The notes beneath the pieces were generated by a model. It was not told the origin of the DNA. It searched no databases and saw only the letters and a list, made by a program, of their open reading frames with translations. From IMG/VR virus record IMGVR_UViG_3300045988_169928, positions 32,001 to 96,000 of that record: a stretch of DNA of 64,000 bases. The stretch is one strand, 5' to 3'. The translations under genes and the position numbers were made by a program. Positions 10,388 through 21,700 of this stretch are shown in pieces (the stretch's first letter is position 1; the number at the start of each line of letters is the position of its first letter). Source of the DNA: a virus.

Positions 10388-11941
10388 TCAACCCTCGTCA
10401 ACAACACTATACAGGACTTTAGTATTTCCATTTACATAGTAGATGGTAGTCTTTGTCCATAAGTAAGGTTTGTCATCAGTCGTTTGTACATAATCACTAG
10501 ACCAGTCACCATCCGGTCGAACGGTTTCAGAATTAGCTGTCTGATAAGTAACCTCTGTCCGCCGAATACTTGTGTTATCCAATAATTCGTTAGCTTCATA
10601 GAATTGAACGTTAATGCTACCAACCCTTAGTAATTCATTGGGGTTAGTACGGTAAACGTCTACAATTTCAACCCCACGGTCAATTGTCTTGTTACCATCA
10701 GAATCTAAACTAACTGCCTGTTGCCAATTGTTACCATTCGAGGAAGCAAAGTCCTTGCGATCTCGCTTTAACCCAATTTCCCCGTAGGTGTCATTAGCTG
10801 TAATATCCACCGGTTGAAGATAAGGGTGATTAATCATTGTTCCCTTAACATTAGTCATTGAATCATCAGAGATGGTTGCATATTGAAGCATAGTATCATC
10901 TGGATAGGCGGTAATATTAACCTTGGTATCAGCAATCCCGGTATCGGAAATATCCATTACTTGCTGTTCAATATCAGAGATATAGATATTCTCACCAGCG
11001 GTAAACTGATTAATGTAGTTTTGAATGGTAGCACTAACCGTAGTTAAGAAGTCATCTGTTTGTAAAGTTTCATAATTAACTTGAACCCCAATCGATAAAG
11101 CTAAATTAGTTTTATGCGTTGGCATAACGGTTACTCGAATCCCCGCCGGCCGATATGGTTCCACGGCCTCTGCAATTTGTTGGGCTAAATCATCACTTAA
11201 ATTACCGTTAGCATCATGACAGAATAAAATAACTGAACCATATGTTTCTTCATACTCATACACTCCGGCTACGTTATTTACACTTTCTGCCGCATAAACT
11301 AATGACTGGTTAGTACCCTTAGCAATGGCCTGAATCATCTTACGGAAACGTACTTGTTCTTGATCGGTGGTTTCTTCATCGTTCCCAGTTGTAAATGCTT
11401 GAATATTAGTGACACTAGCATAGCTTCCTACGTCCGTACTAGAATCAATTACATTAGCTGGGATATTCCCGTAAGACCCTTGAACCGTACAGTAAACAGA
11501 TATGGTAAAGGTTTGGGTTCCCTTGGGAATTGTATAATCATTTTTAGTTACATAAACCTGTTCATAGGCACTATTACTAGAATAGAACTTAGTACCCCGG
11601 TTAATAATTGAAGCATTAGCCAAAGGGGCGTTCAGTGTGATTGTAATGTCCCCATAGGCCGTTGTAGCGTTTTGCTTAGAAAACCCAAAGGCACTTGTCA
11701 AACCGTCTACAATCGCTTCCTGTAAGTTCTCAAGGGTATAGTAATAGAGCTTCTCAATCTCAATTGATTCTGCTTCAATTAAAGTCCTAGTAATTGAACC
11801 CTCGGTGAAGTCATTTAAATAATCTGTGTGCGTAGTAATGTAATTAATCTGATCAGTTACCATATCGGTTGCTTTCTTAAAAGCAAAGCCGTTGGTACTA
11901 ATTGTTACTGTATTAGAATTGGTATCGACAGATACGGCCAT
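10388..11941 (-). CDS. Baseplate J-like (wedge) protein.
   Basis: ORF of 517 aa. The N-terminal region (DFTEGSITRTLIEAESIEIEKLYYYTLENLQ...) resembles the Baseplate_J family pattern. Its position in a baseplate block upstream of the fibre genes fits. The call rests on recall of the family, not on an alignment. Confidence 0.5.
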   Translation of the reverse strand: MAVSVDTNSNTVTISTNGFAFKKATDMVTDQINYITTHTDYLNDFTEGSITRTLIEAESIEIEKLYYYTLENLQEAIVDGLTSAFGFSKQNATTAYGDITITLNAPLANASIINRGTKFYSSNSAYEQVYVTKNDYTIPKGTQTFTISVYCTVQGSYGNIPANVIDSSTDVGSYASVTNIQAFTTGNDEETTDQEQVRFRKMIQAIAKGTNQSLVYAAESVNNVAGVYEYEETYGSVILFCHDANGNLSDDLAQQIAEAVEPYRPAGIRVTVMPTHKTNLALSIGVQVNYETLQTDDFLTTVSATIQNYINQFTAGENIYISDIEQQVMDISDTGIADTKVNITAYPDDTMLQYATISDDSMTNVKGTMINHPYLQPVDITANDTYGEIGLKRDRKDFASSNGNNWQQAVSLDSDGNKTIDRGVEIVDVYRTNPNELLRVGSINVQFYEANELLDNTSIRRTEVTYQTANSETVRPDGDWSSDYVQTTDDKPYLWTKTTIYYVNGNTKVLYSVVDEG

Positions 11942-11952
11942 TTAGTTCCCTC

Positions 11953-12666
11953 CTATCTTAATGAGATATTCCCCGTCTTGGAACGGTACAGATACAAGTC
12001 AAAAGCCTGATCATAGTTAATCGGGGTGACAGTAGCATTGATAAATATTTCATCATAAGTGAGTTGACTTTTAGTAATCTTACAGTCTGCAACCCTTGAA
12101 TCAGTTGTAATGGTTCGCCTTAGCTCCACAGCCGCCTCACTCAATAATTTATCATTCATTGGTTGGCCTAACATATCGACTAAACGAGAACCATAGTTAG
12201 GGTGCATAAGTAAGGTTCCCCGTCTAGTTAAGATTCTTAAAATCAAAGACTGCTGTAAATTAGCTAACCCAGATACTCGCTCAAAGGTATAACCATTATC
12301 ATCACTCTGTAATACCCCCATCTGTTCTGTTAATAACGAATCAGTTGAGATATTTAGTTTTAAGTCCATACCCAATGAAGTATCATAATAATAATTCTTA
12401 TAGTGAGCGGTGTTGCTTTCTTCAATTAGGTTTGAATTAGCAGTATCTATATCATTACTATTAGGTAATAGTAAAGACTGTCCCCATGTTAAGAGATGGT
12501 CTGGGTCTTTGAGTTGTTCCTCTGGACTGTCTACAATATACGGGTACTTTAAGTGATTCAGTTTGGCTAATGTTTGCCACTGATCTATATCATTATACAA
12601 CTTTTGGGCAATAACCCGTAAGTCCTCACCAGCCTTGATTACATAATGCTTGTATACTGACAACAC
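11953..12666 (-). CDS. Baseplate protein with an N-terminal LysM-like motif (P2 gpX-like).
   Basis: ORF of 237 aa. YVIKAGEDLRVIAQKLYNDIDQWQTLAKLNHL fits the LysM pattern, and the gene sits in the baseplate block. Confidence 0.4.
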   Translation of the reverse strand: MLSVYKHYVIKAGEDLRVIAQKLYNDIDQWQTLAKLNHLKYPYIVDSPEEQLKDPDHLLTWGQSLLLPNSNDIDTANSNLIEESNTAHYKNYYYDTSLGMDLKLNISTDSLLTEQMGVLQSDDNGYTFERVSGLANLQQSLILRILTRRGTLLMHPNYGSRLVDMLGQPMNDKLLSEAAVELRRTITTDSRVADCKITKSQLTYDEIFINATVTPINYDQAFDLYLYRSKTGNISLR

Positions 12667-12674
12667 GCCACCCC

Positions 12675-13244
12675 CTATTTTGTATGCCCATAAGTGGACA
12701 ACACATAAGCTAATCGATTTTCCAGATAACCTAAATCAATTTCAAACTTACGTAATTTATTAATAATATCCACGTAATAATCAGTTTCACGGTTCATTAT
12801 ATCTTGATGATCGCCAAACCAATCACATAACAAATTTAAATTCTTACGAATCCGTTGAATATCCACCTTAGAAATTTCATTTACTAATTCAACTTGGTTT
12901 ACCACAGCCCAGTTGAAAGCTACAATTTCCAAATATTGAGCTACCAACACCATATAAACCCCCGGGTGGGAATGAAATAAGTTAGTTTGTTCAATGTATT
13001 CCTCAAACTGACCGGTGGTAGATGAAGTATTAGTAAACTTAACTGGTAGGTAACTACTGGTAACTTTAGTAAACAGATATAGTAATCGAGAAGTTGATAA
13101 ATCCGGTTGCCCATACCCATTAAAATCAGATAAGTAACGGTCGGGTATTACAACCTTATCATCATTAGTTACATTTAATAGCTTATATAATAAATATTGC
13201 TTATAAGTAATACTTGGAAATACACTTGCTGTACTAACCGCCAT
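12675..13244 (-). CDS. Hypothetical baseplate or tail protein.
   Basis: ORF of 189 aa, operon position only. Confidence 0.35.
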   Translation of the reverse strand: MAVSTASVFPSITYKQYLLYKLLNVTNDDKVVIPDRYLSDFNGYGQPDLSTSRLLYLFTKVTSSYLPVKFTNTSSTTGQFEEYIEQTNLFHSHPGVYMVLVAQYLEIVAFNWAVVNQVELVNEISKVDIQRIRKNLNLLCDWFGDHQDIMNRETDYYVDIINKLRKFEIDLGYLENRLAYVLSTYGHTK

Positions 13245-13252
13245 CTACTCAC

Positions 13253-13843
13253 CTACTTTCCATCATTTAACATTTGTCGAACCGTATACCCAATATTAGA
13301 ATAATACAAATTAGATTGACCACTATTGTTTGCATATGGATCAGTAATTAACGTCTGTGACTTATCATCTGTACTGGCAGTATCTAATCTTCCTCGTACA
13401 ATCATGGTAATAGAATAACGTACTAAAATTGGTTCTGAAACATCTTGGGTAAAAGAATAACCATTTGGACTAATTGCCACATCATACCAATAATCATCAG
13501 TATAGTTCCAAAATTCAAGATAGTGTAAACTAGACGTTGCGGGAGGTGCCATACGAGAATCTGTATATGCGGTAAGGAAAAGCCGTAACTTTTTATAGTC
13601 CTCAAACCCTAAACCTTGACGCCAACCTGTTGTCCCAGAGATGGTAATTGTACGTTCCCCAGTACCTAGTTCCTGAACACTACCCCATTGAGCAGTATTG
13701 ATATAACTTGTTCGGGTTGCTACCTGTTCTTGGATATTTTGGGGATTGATAGCAAAATTAAAGGTATCAATTACATTCCCATTTACGTCAACTTGTTTAA
13801 ACGCTACCCGACTTAATCTGTGGTAGCCATCTGCAATTGCCAT
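13253..13843 (-). CDS. Hypothetical baseplate or tail protein.
   Basis: ORF of 196 aa, operon position only. Confidence 0.35.
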   Translation of the reverse strand: MAIADGYHRLSRVAFKQVDVNGNVIDTFNFAINPQNIQEQVATRTSYINTAQWGSVQELGTGERTITISGTTGWRQGLGFEDYKKLRLFLTAYTDSRMAPPATSSLHYLEFWNYTDDYWYDVAISPNGYSFTQDVSEPILVRYSITMIVRGRLDTASTDDKSQTLITDPYANNSGQSNLYYSNIGYTVRQMLNDGK

Positions 13844-13914
13844 TTATTTTATCCCCCCTTATTCAAATTTAATATACGAAAAAGGGAACCTATCAAGGCT
13901 CCCTTTATTAGTTA

Positions 13915-16900
13915 TTATGATACTTTCTTGCTTGGGTCGTATTGCAAGTAACAACTTAATTTACGCACTCTAGGCGTCCTGAAATTGTTAGGACTTTGCA
14001 AGTATAACCTTACCTTGAATTGTGTTGCTAAGTGGTTTTGATCAGTTGCAGTCGGTACTACCGCCTCATATACATAACGGGTAAAGTAGTTTGTCTGTGC
14101 CTTGGTACTGGTTGGTGTAGAACTGGTAGCATTAGTCTTAGTTGTAGTGCTTGAAGCTCCACCACCACTAGGAAAGTTATACCAAGTTGTCCCACCATCA
14201 ACTGAATACATTGGGTTGACTTGTGGTAAGGCAGTACCAACTTCTGGAATGTAGGCGTCATACTGGAGCTTTACATAATTGAAGGCGGCGTCACCGCTTT
14301 CATCGACATTGATACTTTCATAACTAGCGGCCTTTCCAGTTAATACAGCCACTAATGATAAATCTTCTGTGGTTAAAACAGGTGCAATATAGTCATCAGA
14401 ATTAAAGTCGGCCTTTAGTTGCATTGCAAAGGTATTCTTAAAGGAGATTACCTCGCCATCTACCGTTTGAATGCTATCATCGCTAGTAACCGCTGGAACC
14501 CCATCTGTACTTGTAGCCGAAGGCATAGCCTGATTATTGTTATTTACAGGCAACGCTAACCATGGACAGTTAGCTAAAGCAGTCGATACACTAGCCCCTG
14601 TGTAAGTTGAAGAATCACCTTGCAATACCCGAATATACCAATTCATAGACGTGTTTTGGTAGGTTAAGTAAGAGGTTAGAGCGGCCAACCGATCTAAGGC
14701 AGTTAGCCGGTTCTTATTAGTAGAACTCTTACCATCAAGATTATCCCCTAAGTCCTTTATCCATGTTTCACTAGACTTAACCCAGTCAGCAATCACAATC
14801 GGGTCAAAGAGAATCTCGCCATTCTGTTGGTACTTACATACGTTAACCGCAAACTTAATTGAGCTTGTTCCATCAGCAGTCCAAGTTTGGGCGTTGTTAG
14901 AAATAAACATTACCCCATTTGAGTTTGGTGCCGAGGTTAAAGTATCACCAACAGATACGGTAACTGTATTGGAAATCTGGACATTCTTACCAGTAGCATT
15001 CGGGTCTTTGTTACTGATTGCATTCGGGTTAGTGTTGTAAACCGTAGCACTGGTTCCGGCGCTAACAACCTTTTGACCCTTGGTTGCCGAGAACACTTCA
15101 TAAGCATTACTATCAGAAATCAAGACGATCGCATAACCCCGATTACCAGTCAAAGTAACTGAATCGGTAAATGTTACTCGAGTACCTAAACTCCCATCAT
15201 CGGAAACTTGAATCTGATCTGGCGTTAATGTAACACTAGTCCGAACCACGTTGTTAGGATAACCATCATCTGACAATTCCCGAATTTGAACAATTAAATC
15301 AGAAGTGTGAGCAGTGTCACTCTTATCAGCCTTCTTATAGAAGTAGAGGTCAACAGAGGATAATTGCCGAGTTTCACCAATGGTAAATGATTGGGCCAAC
15401 GGGTCAACAATATCAACTGAATATACCCGCTTTTCAATGATATTTTCAGTTGTCTTTAAAGTACCTTGGGCAATGTAGTTGGTGCTTGCCTGATCGTTGG
15501 CATTATCAATAATCTTAACCGTCCGAGTACCACAACGAATTACCCCACCCGGAATCGTAAAGGTACCACGGATTTCACCATTAGCATTAGTCTTAAAGGC
15601 TCCATTAGTACCTTTATAATCATCACTAGCAGGCGTTGGGTCAAGAACCGCTACCCCATCAATGGTGATCTTATATCCATCGGAAAAGGCCGGTAAGTTT
15701 TGAGCCACAAATGAAATGGTTCGTTGCCGAATATACTCAATGGCACTTTCAGTAGTGGTAGACCCACCATCGGTTAGCATATACCCGGTCTGTTGACCTT
15801 CGTTTATCCAATTAATACCTTGTAAGTTAGAGTATTGGTACTGTTGGCTAATAGCGTCAGCATAAGATTGTGTTTTACCCGTCCGTCCGACAGCTAAATC
15901 CCCATTAGTATGGTACCACCACTTATTAAGGCTAACCTTACCAGCATCAGTTTCCCGAGTAACAGTAGTAGAATCTGTATCAATCCAATTATCACTAGCT
16001 GGGTCAATTGTTAAAGTCCCATTAGCACTAAAGATATTAAATTCGTTAACATTGGTTGTCCCAGTTGAAATTGGCTGATTAATTGCCACTTCTTCATGAT
16101 ATGGTGGGGTAACTAATGACCCCTTAATTGCTACTTGTGAACTGTCAAAGTTAACATTAGGAGTTAAGTCAGCCATTGCTTGGCTAGGTAATAGGATTTC
16201 ACCATTTTCAAAGTCATAAGCAACCGTAGAATTTTCATCGTCCCGGTTATTAATCGTGTTAAAGCTATCAGAAAGAACATCTTTCATCAAGCTAGGATCT
16301 TCCGACCGAGCAACCGTTTGGTTCATGTTAGCAATTGCTAAATTGTATTCGGTGTTAGTTAGCCGGCGTCCCCATTGTTGTAGTGTTTCAAAGGTTTGTC
16401 GAGTTACAGTCTGCATAGTAAAGACTGCATTGTGGGAGTTAGGATAGATTAATACATAACCTAATTCCAAGGTATACGGGTCATTAACCACAGGTGGAGT
16501 AACTGACGCAAGTGGGGCCGGTTGCCCTTCGATAACCTTGAATGGATTTGAGTTATCCATTGTAATCCTAATCATATCAATTCGTGCTTCAAAGTACACA
16601 TAAGATACAATGATAGTCGAACCAGCTACCGGCTTAGCCCCATTTGAATCATCAATATCAATATACGTAGTTCCACCATCTGAAACCACAGTATAATCAG
16701 TACCTTGAACTGCATTAGTTGAATAGTCATAAACTACTGTATAGGACTGACCTTGATTAGGAACATTAGCACCAGCCAAAGGCTTACCAGAAAGATCTTG
16801 ACCCCAGTGAATAACGTTGTTAACGTAGGTAAAATCTACACCTGCTGTATATTGGTTGGTGTTATCATAAACCTGACGAATATAGGTAACATTATCCGGG

Positions 16901-18396
16901 GTAAACGTATCTAGATTGCCACCACCAACAGGGCGAGTATAGGTTACTGTTTTACGTGAAGTAAAGCTAACCCCATTAACCACCTTAACAGGTTGGTTAA
17001 TCAGCTCATACTTACTACCGTCACCCTTATAGTAGTGACCTTCATTGGTAGTAGTTCCTGTATCGTTAGCAATTCGTACCCTTAAATTAGTTGTCGAATC
17101 AGTGGCAATCGAATAACCTTGAACATATGCTTGACCCTTATCTACATCTAACAAAATCTTGTTAGCGTCCATTGGGTCTTGAGCACCCTTAGTTGAATCA
17201 GAGTTTAAGTGAGGGTGAACCTCAAAGCCTTCTGTTCGGAAAGACCCTGACTGGTCATAAGTCCGCTTAGCTAAAATCTTGGTGATATTAGTGTAGTCTG
17301 GACGAACCTCACTTTGGTTAATAACGTTATCTTGGAATACAACGAAGTCAACGGCTGAATTATCATTATAGGTTAATACCACTTGATAATTCAAACGGTC
17401 AGCCCCAGCTAAACCATTAGTAACCGTACCCGGGGTATCATCTAATAAATCCTTATCATCGGCACTAGTAACAATCGTTTCATTTAATGCTAAACCAATT
17501 GTTTCCTTACCAGTCCCGGTAATGGAAAATGTTTGTTCATCAAATTCACGAACTAGCCCACCTAACCATACTCGACCAGCGGTAACTTTGTAATTCTTAA
17601 CCTTCTCTGTGCTAGAAGCAGTGGTTGTGTCCTTACTAGAAATTACATAAGGCTTTTCGGTTGTTCCTTCCACAACCATTGGGTTATTAATTACAACCCC
17701 TACAATGGAATTTGAGTTGTCATACCCCGCATTAATATATAATGCTAAGTCTGTATTACCAGAAATCAGGGTATCGAACACAACAACCACTTTGTGTGCA
17801 GTAGTAGTATTAATGTTTACCTGATTATTATTTGAATCAATGTTGTAGTTCGCACTCGCCATATCTGTTAATGACGAATTAAGCATTGCTACTCCATCAA
17901 GTGTCCACTTCTTTAAAGTAAGTTGAGAACTATCAAAGTCCAGATTTAACTTATCTAGAATACCCGTAGTCTTGGTAACGTTAAGGGCAATAGTTAGACC
18001 TAAGCCCTTAGTAACATTAACACTGAAACCCATTGCTGATTGGTCTGTGCTAACGTTAGCCGCACTGGTAAAGTTAATGTTACCCTTAGCTACATAATCA
18101 GTCGTAGAAAGGGTTGCATTAGTAGCACTAAGAGTGGCGACACTAAATAGGTTTTGACTATTACTGGTAGAAGAAGCCGTAGTAGCTACCGGTACCACCT
18201 GCATACCAGAAACTACCGCACCCTCGGCAAACACGGTTGATCCTAGCATATTTAACTGGTCATTTTTAATTGATTGTTCTTCTAATAACTCTTGGGAAAG
18301 GGCGGGGCGTCCCGGACGAAATAGCACCTCGCTAAAACGCTTTGCCCGATTAAATTTATTATTGTAAGGCAAAACGCTTGTATCAATTGTTGCCAT
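13915..18396 (-). CDS. Large tail or baseplate structural protein, possibly hub/Tal-like.
   Basis: ORF of 1,493 aa, two genes downstream of the tape measure protein. I see no recognisable catalytic motif. Confidence 0.5.
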   Translation of the reverse strand: MATIDTSVLPYNNKFNRAKRFSEVLFRPGRPALSQELLEEQSIKNDQLNMLGSTVFAEGAVVSGMQVVPVATTASSTSNSQNLFSVATLSATNATLSTTDYVAKGNINFTSAANVSTDQSAMGFSVNVTKGLGLTIALNVTKTTGILDKLNLDFDSSQLTLKKWTLDGVAMLNSSLTDMASANYNIDSNNNQVNINTTTAHKVVVVFDTLISGNTDLALYINAGYDNSNSIVGVVINNPMVVEGTTEKPYVISSKDTTTASSTEKVKNYKVTAGRVWLGGLVREFDEQTFSITGTGKETIGLALNETIVTSADDKDLLDDTPGTVTNGLAGADRLNYQVVLTYNDNSAVDFVVFQDNVINQSEVRPDYTNITKILAKRTYDQSGSFRTEGFEVHPHLNSDSTKGAQDPMDANKILLDVDKGQAYVQGYSIATDSTTNLRVRIANDTGTTTNEGHYYKGDGSKYELINQPVKVVNGVSFTSRKTVTYTRPVGGGNLDTFTPDNVTYIRQVYDNTNQYTAGVDFTYVNNVIHWGQDLSGKPLAGANVPNQGQSYTVVYDYSTNAVQGTDYTVVSDGGTTYIDIDDSNGAKPVAGSTIIVSYVYFEARIDMIRITMDNSNPFKVIEGQPAPLASVTPPVVNDPYTLELGYVLIYPNSHNAVFTMQTVTRQTFETLQQWGRRLTNTEYNLAIANMNQTVARSEDPSLMKDVLSDSFNTINNRDDENSTVAYDFENGEILLPSQAMADLTPNVNFDSSQVAIKGSLVTPPYHEEVAINQPISTGTTNVNEFNIFSANGTLTIDPASDNWIDTDSTTVTRETDAGKVSLNKWWYHTNGDLAVGRTGKTQSYADAISQQYQYSNLQGINWINEGQQTGYMLTDGGSTTTESAIEYIRQRTISFVAQNLPAFSDGYKITIDGVAVLDPTPASDDYKGTNGAFKTNANGEIRGTFTIPGGVIRCGTRTVKIIDNANDQASTNYIAQGTLKTTENIIEKRVYSVDIVDPLAQSFTIGETRQLSSVDLYFYKKADKSDTAHTSDLIVQIRELSDDGYPNNVVRTSVTLTPDQIQVSDDGSLGTRVTFTDSVTLTGNRGYAIVLISDSNAYEVFSATKGQKVVSAGTSATVYNTNPNAISNKDPNATGKNVQISNTVTVSVGDTLTSAPNSNGVMFISNNAQTWTADGTSSIKFAVNVCKYQQNGEILFDPIVIADWVKSSETWIKDLGDNLDGKSSTNKNRLTALDRLAALTSYLTYQNTSMNWYIRVLQGDSSTYTGASVSTALANCPWLALPVNNNNQAMPSATSTDGVPAVTSDDSIQTVDGEVISFKNTFAMQLKADFNSDDYIAPVLTTEDLSLVAVLTGKAASYESINVDESGDAAFNYVKLQYDAYIPEVGTALPQVNPMYSVDGGTTWYNFPSGGGASSTTTKTNATSSTPTSTKAQTNYFTRYVYEAVVPTATDQNHLATQFKVRLYLQSPNNFRTPRVRKLSCYLQYDPSKKVS

Positions 18397-18440
18397 TAAT
18401 TTTAGTCCTTTCTATAAGGTTTGTTCTACTTTAATATAGT

Positions 18441-18785
18441 CTAGTGTTCCTCATTGACTACTTGTAGTTCTTCTTGATCGGTCTTTTTTCCATACTCAAA
18501 AATCTTCTTGGGGTTAAAGCCGTCCCAATAATCAATAGGGTTGTTATCCTTGTCCACAACCTTAACTACCGGGAATGACATTGCATTATAACGGGTCTTT
18601 AACTTATCTACCAAGTGTTCCCGATAAGCAACCTTGTCCGGGTCATCAGTCGTGAAATCAGCTAGATTAGGCTTTGATTCATCACCATAGTAGTTAGTAG
18701 CAACAGCGGACTTCATGCCCCGCAACAGGGCCATCGTACGCATACAATTAGAACAGTCTGTCTTTTCATAGATTACAAAGTGCAT
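18441..18785 (-). CDS. Glutaredoxin / NrdH-like small redoxin.
   Basis: ORF of 114 aa. The N-terminus VIYEKTDCSNCMRTMALL (CxxC) and the later FPVVKV fit a thioredoxin fold of the glutaredoxin type. Confidence 0.55.
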   Translation of the reverse strand: MHFVIYEKTDCSNCMRTMALLRGMKSAVATNYYGDESKPNLADFTTDDPDKVAYREHLVDKLKTRYNAMSFPVVKVVDKDNNPIDYWDGFNPKKIFEYGKKTDQEELQVVNEEH

Positions 18786-18797
18786 TCTAGTTCCTCC

Positions 18798-21700
18798 TTA
18801 ATGTGAGTAGTAGTCTAACATTATCTGTTGTTGGCTATTATTAACCCACGCATTAAATGTATCGTTAATGATACTATCTATAATATCATTTTTATTCCGG
18901 CTTTGAACGGCTTGTGACGTATCTATTTTAACTTTTATTTTCGGAGCATTTCTCTTTACCCTATGAACAACGCTATTAGCTTGGTTAAGGGTTGTGTAAC
19001 GAGTCTGCAAAGCCCTCAAGTCAAGCACAGATACTGGGGCACTTTCTCGGCTAGTACACATACCTTGAATAGGGCCTGTCATACTCCCCCCGGTAGCATG
19101 AGTTACTAAGCCCCCATTAGCATAACCTCGGGTAGGGCCAGAAGGCGACCAACCAGCGTGACCATAGAGATAGCTGGCCCAGTTAGCAATGTTAAAGAAA
19201 GCATAAAGTTGATCAACCCCGGAAAGGATATTATCGTGACCCTTAACTTTATACTTGTTAAAGGTTCCTTGAATCATCTGTAATAGCCCTTTAGCCGGGT
19301 CACCATTAGCTGAATTAACATCTTGAATTTGTTGAGTAATTGTTTGATCATAGTTTGATTCACCAGCAATTAACTTCATTAAGTTTTCTAGCTGTGAATC
19401 ACTAATGTCAACCCCCATTGCCTTAGCAACTTCCTTGGCCTTCTTTAACCAGTATTCCTTTGACTTAGTTGCCCCATCATTGGAAACGTCACCAGCAGTC
19501 TTAGAATCACTTGAACCATTCTTGGCCGCATTCTTAACTTTCTTATATATCTCGTTGAACCACATTCTCAAATGTTTAATTAATTGCTTTTGAGAAGCAT
19601 TAACATCTTTGTGTTTAACACGATATACGCCTAGCTCGGACAGAAAATGTAAAATCCCGTCCTTAATACTAGTAAGAATACTTTTATGCTTAGCTGACTT
19701 TTTACGTGGTGTATATGCTTGACTATTTTGTGTACGTGATTGTGTACGTGATTGTGTACTGGTCATCTTGGCTTTGTTATCCTTGTCTTTGGTACTTGCC
19801 TTAGCATTGCCTGACATTAATAACAAACCAGTTCCAATCCCAACCCCTATACCAACAATGGTACCAACTTTACCTGTCTTAGGCATTTTAGACAGAACCG
19901 AAAGCCCAGATTTAGCAACACTCTTTATACCAGCCCCCATTGTCGCCATTGTACCACCTTCAATAGCGGCATTGATAATACCATCACCAGCTCCCATCAA
20001 GGCACTTCCACCAATAATTCCCATTGCACCTATCTTTGGGTGAGAATTGACAAAAGAACTTAGATTACGTCTTAAACCATCTAGTGATTGGGACGCTTTA
20101 ATTTGTGATGATTGAATTGCTTGCTGTTGGGAGCGAATGGAGCTAGTACCAGTCTTATGATACTTCTTACTATTTACCCCTTTACCTTTAGTCTGTTTCT
20201 TAACGTTAGCACGGGTAAACTTGCCATCAGCATACAACTTGACTAATGAATTAGCCTGTTCATATGATAGTGAGTTTCCAGACAAAGTTACCAAGTTTTG
20301 AGTAGTAACTGCAATTGCCCCGGACTTGCTACTGGTTTGCTGTCTAGCAGTCCGATATAAGTTACCAATAGGTGTCTTGTATAGATAAGGGTCTGACTTA
20401 GCCCGTTGTGCAGTCTTTAAGGCTACCATATTACCGGATTGATTATACCCAGTAAAGTTCTTGTTATCTAACCATAATGATAACTGTTGGTTTTGGTTAT
20501 TAGCATTATTAGATACATTAGCTAAACCAGAATAGGCTTGGGCACCCGCACTACCTTGCCAAGAAGAACCAGTCTTACTCATCATTGACTGGAAACCAGC
20601 AATATTAATCTGATCATTAGTGGTCAACTTACCACTAGTTGCCGCTGTCTGATACATACTAGATAAGGCTTTTAATTGGGAATCAGCCTTCGCACTAGTA
20701 TGAGAATTGGTTAAGCTATTCTGAATTGCGTCTGCTAAACGTTCACTATCACTTGCTGACAAGCCTTGCGTATTAGTAAGCCCAGCCACACCTAATAAAT
20801 TAACAACTGTATCGTTACTTGCCCCGTTTGTAAGAGCCAAAGCTCCCCAAGTGTTAGTAAGACGAGAAATAGACTTGTTTGATAAATTACCTTTACCAGT
20901 ATTGCGAGTATACGCCCCTAAATAAGCTGAACTTTCTGATAAGTCCATTCCTAACTTATTATTACCCAAGGTGTTGACAATGCTGTTATCACCACCGCCC
21001 CGTGCATACATAGCACCGGCAATATTGTTAAAGTTAGTAAGACGGGCATTACTACCTTGTGATACATAATAAGGGCCAGCAATTAAAGCGGTTCTAACTG
21101 CTTGACGAATTAAGAAAGAATGGTGATTGTGGATATACCCAGCAATAGAATCATTGCTAGGTAATACCTTAATGGTATCTTTGGTATCAGTATTATTAGT
21201 AACATTATCAATACTGGTCTTAGCGTGAATTGCTTCACCAGTCCTAGTAACCGCTTCTTGAGCTTGAGTTAGCCGATTAGACAACTCATCTAGATACTTA
21301 CCACTCTTTGATAAGTTATTTAATTGCTCCCTAATTCCTGCTAGGGTGTTTACATCATCGACACTTAAACTATCTTGGCCCTTAATTTGATCTTGTCGAG
21401 AACTTAATTCGTCAATCTGGGATTGAATGTTATTCCGTTGATCAGTTACTTGGCTATCTAAATCAGTTATTTTTTCTCGGGTATACTGATTATTTGATAC
21501 ATACTCCTGATACTTTTGGTAAGTAACAACCCCAGAATCGACACTCTGATTCCAACGATTAGATTGAGTTGTTGATCTTAAAACGATATTCTTAACTTCT
21601 TTACCTAATTCAGAATTAACAAAATCGTTGGCTTGTTGTTGATCAGCATACTCTGAACTCTGATATACCTTTGATGAAGATAGATTAAATGACTGAATAT

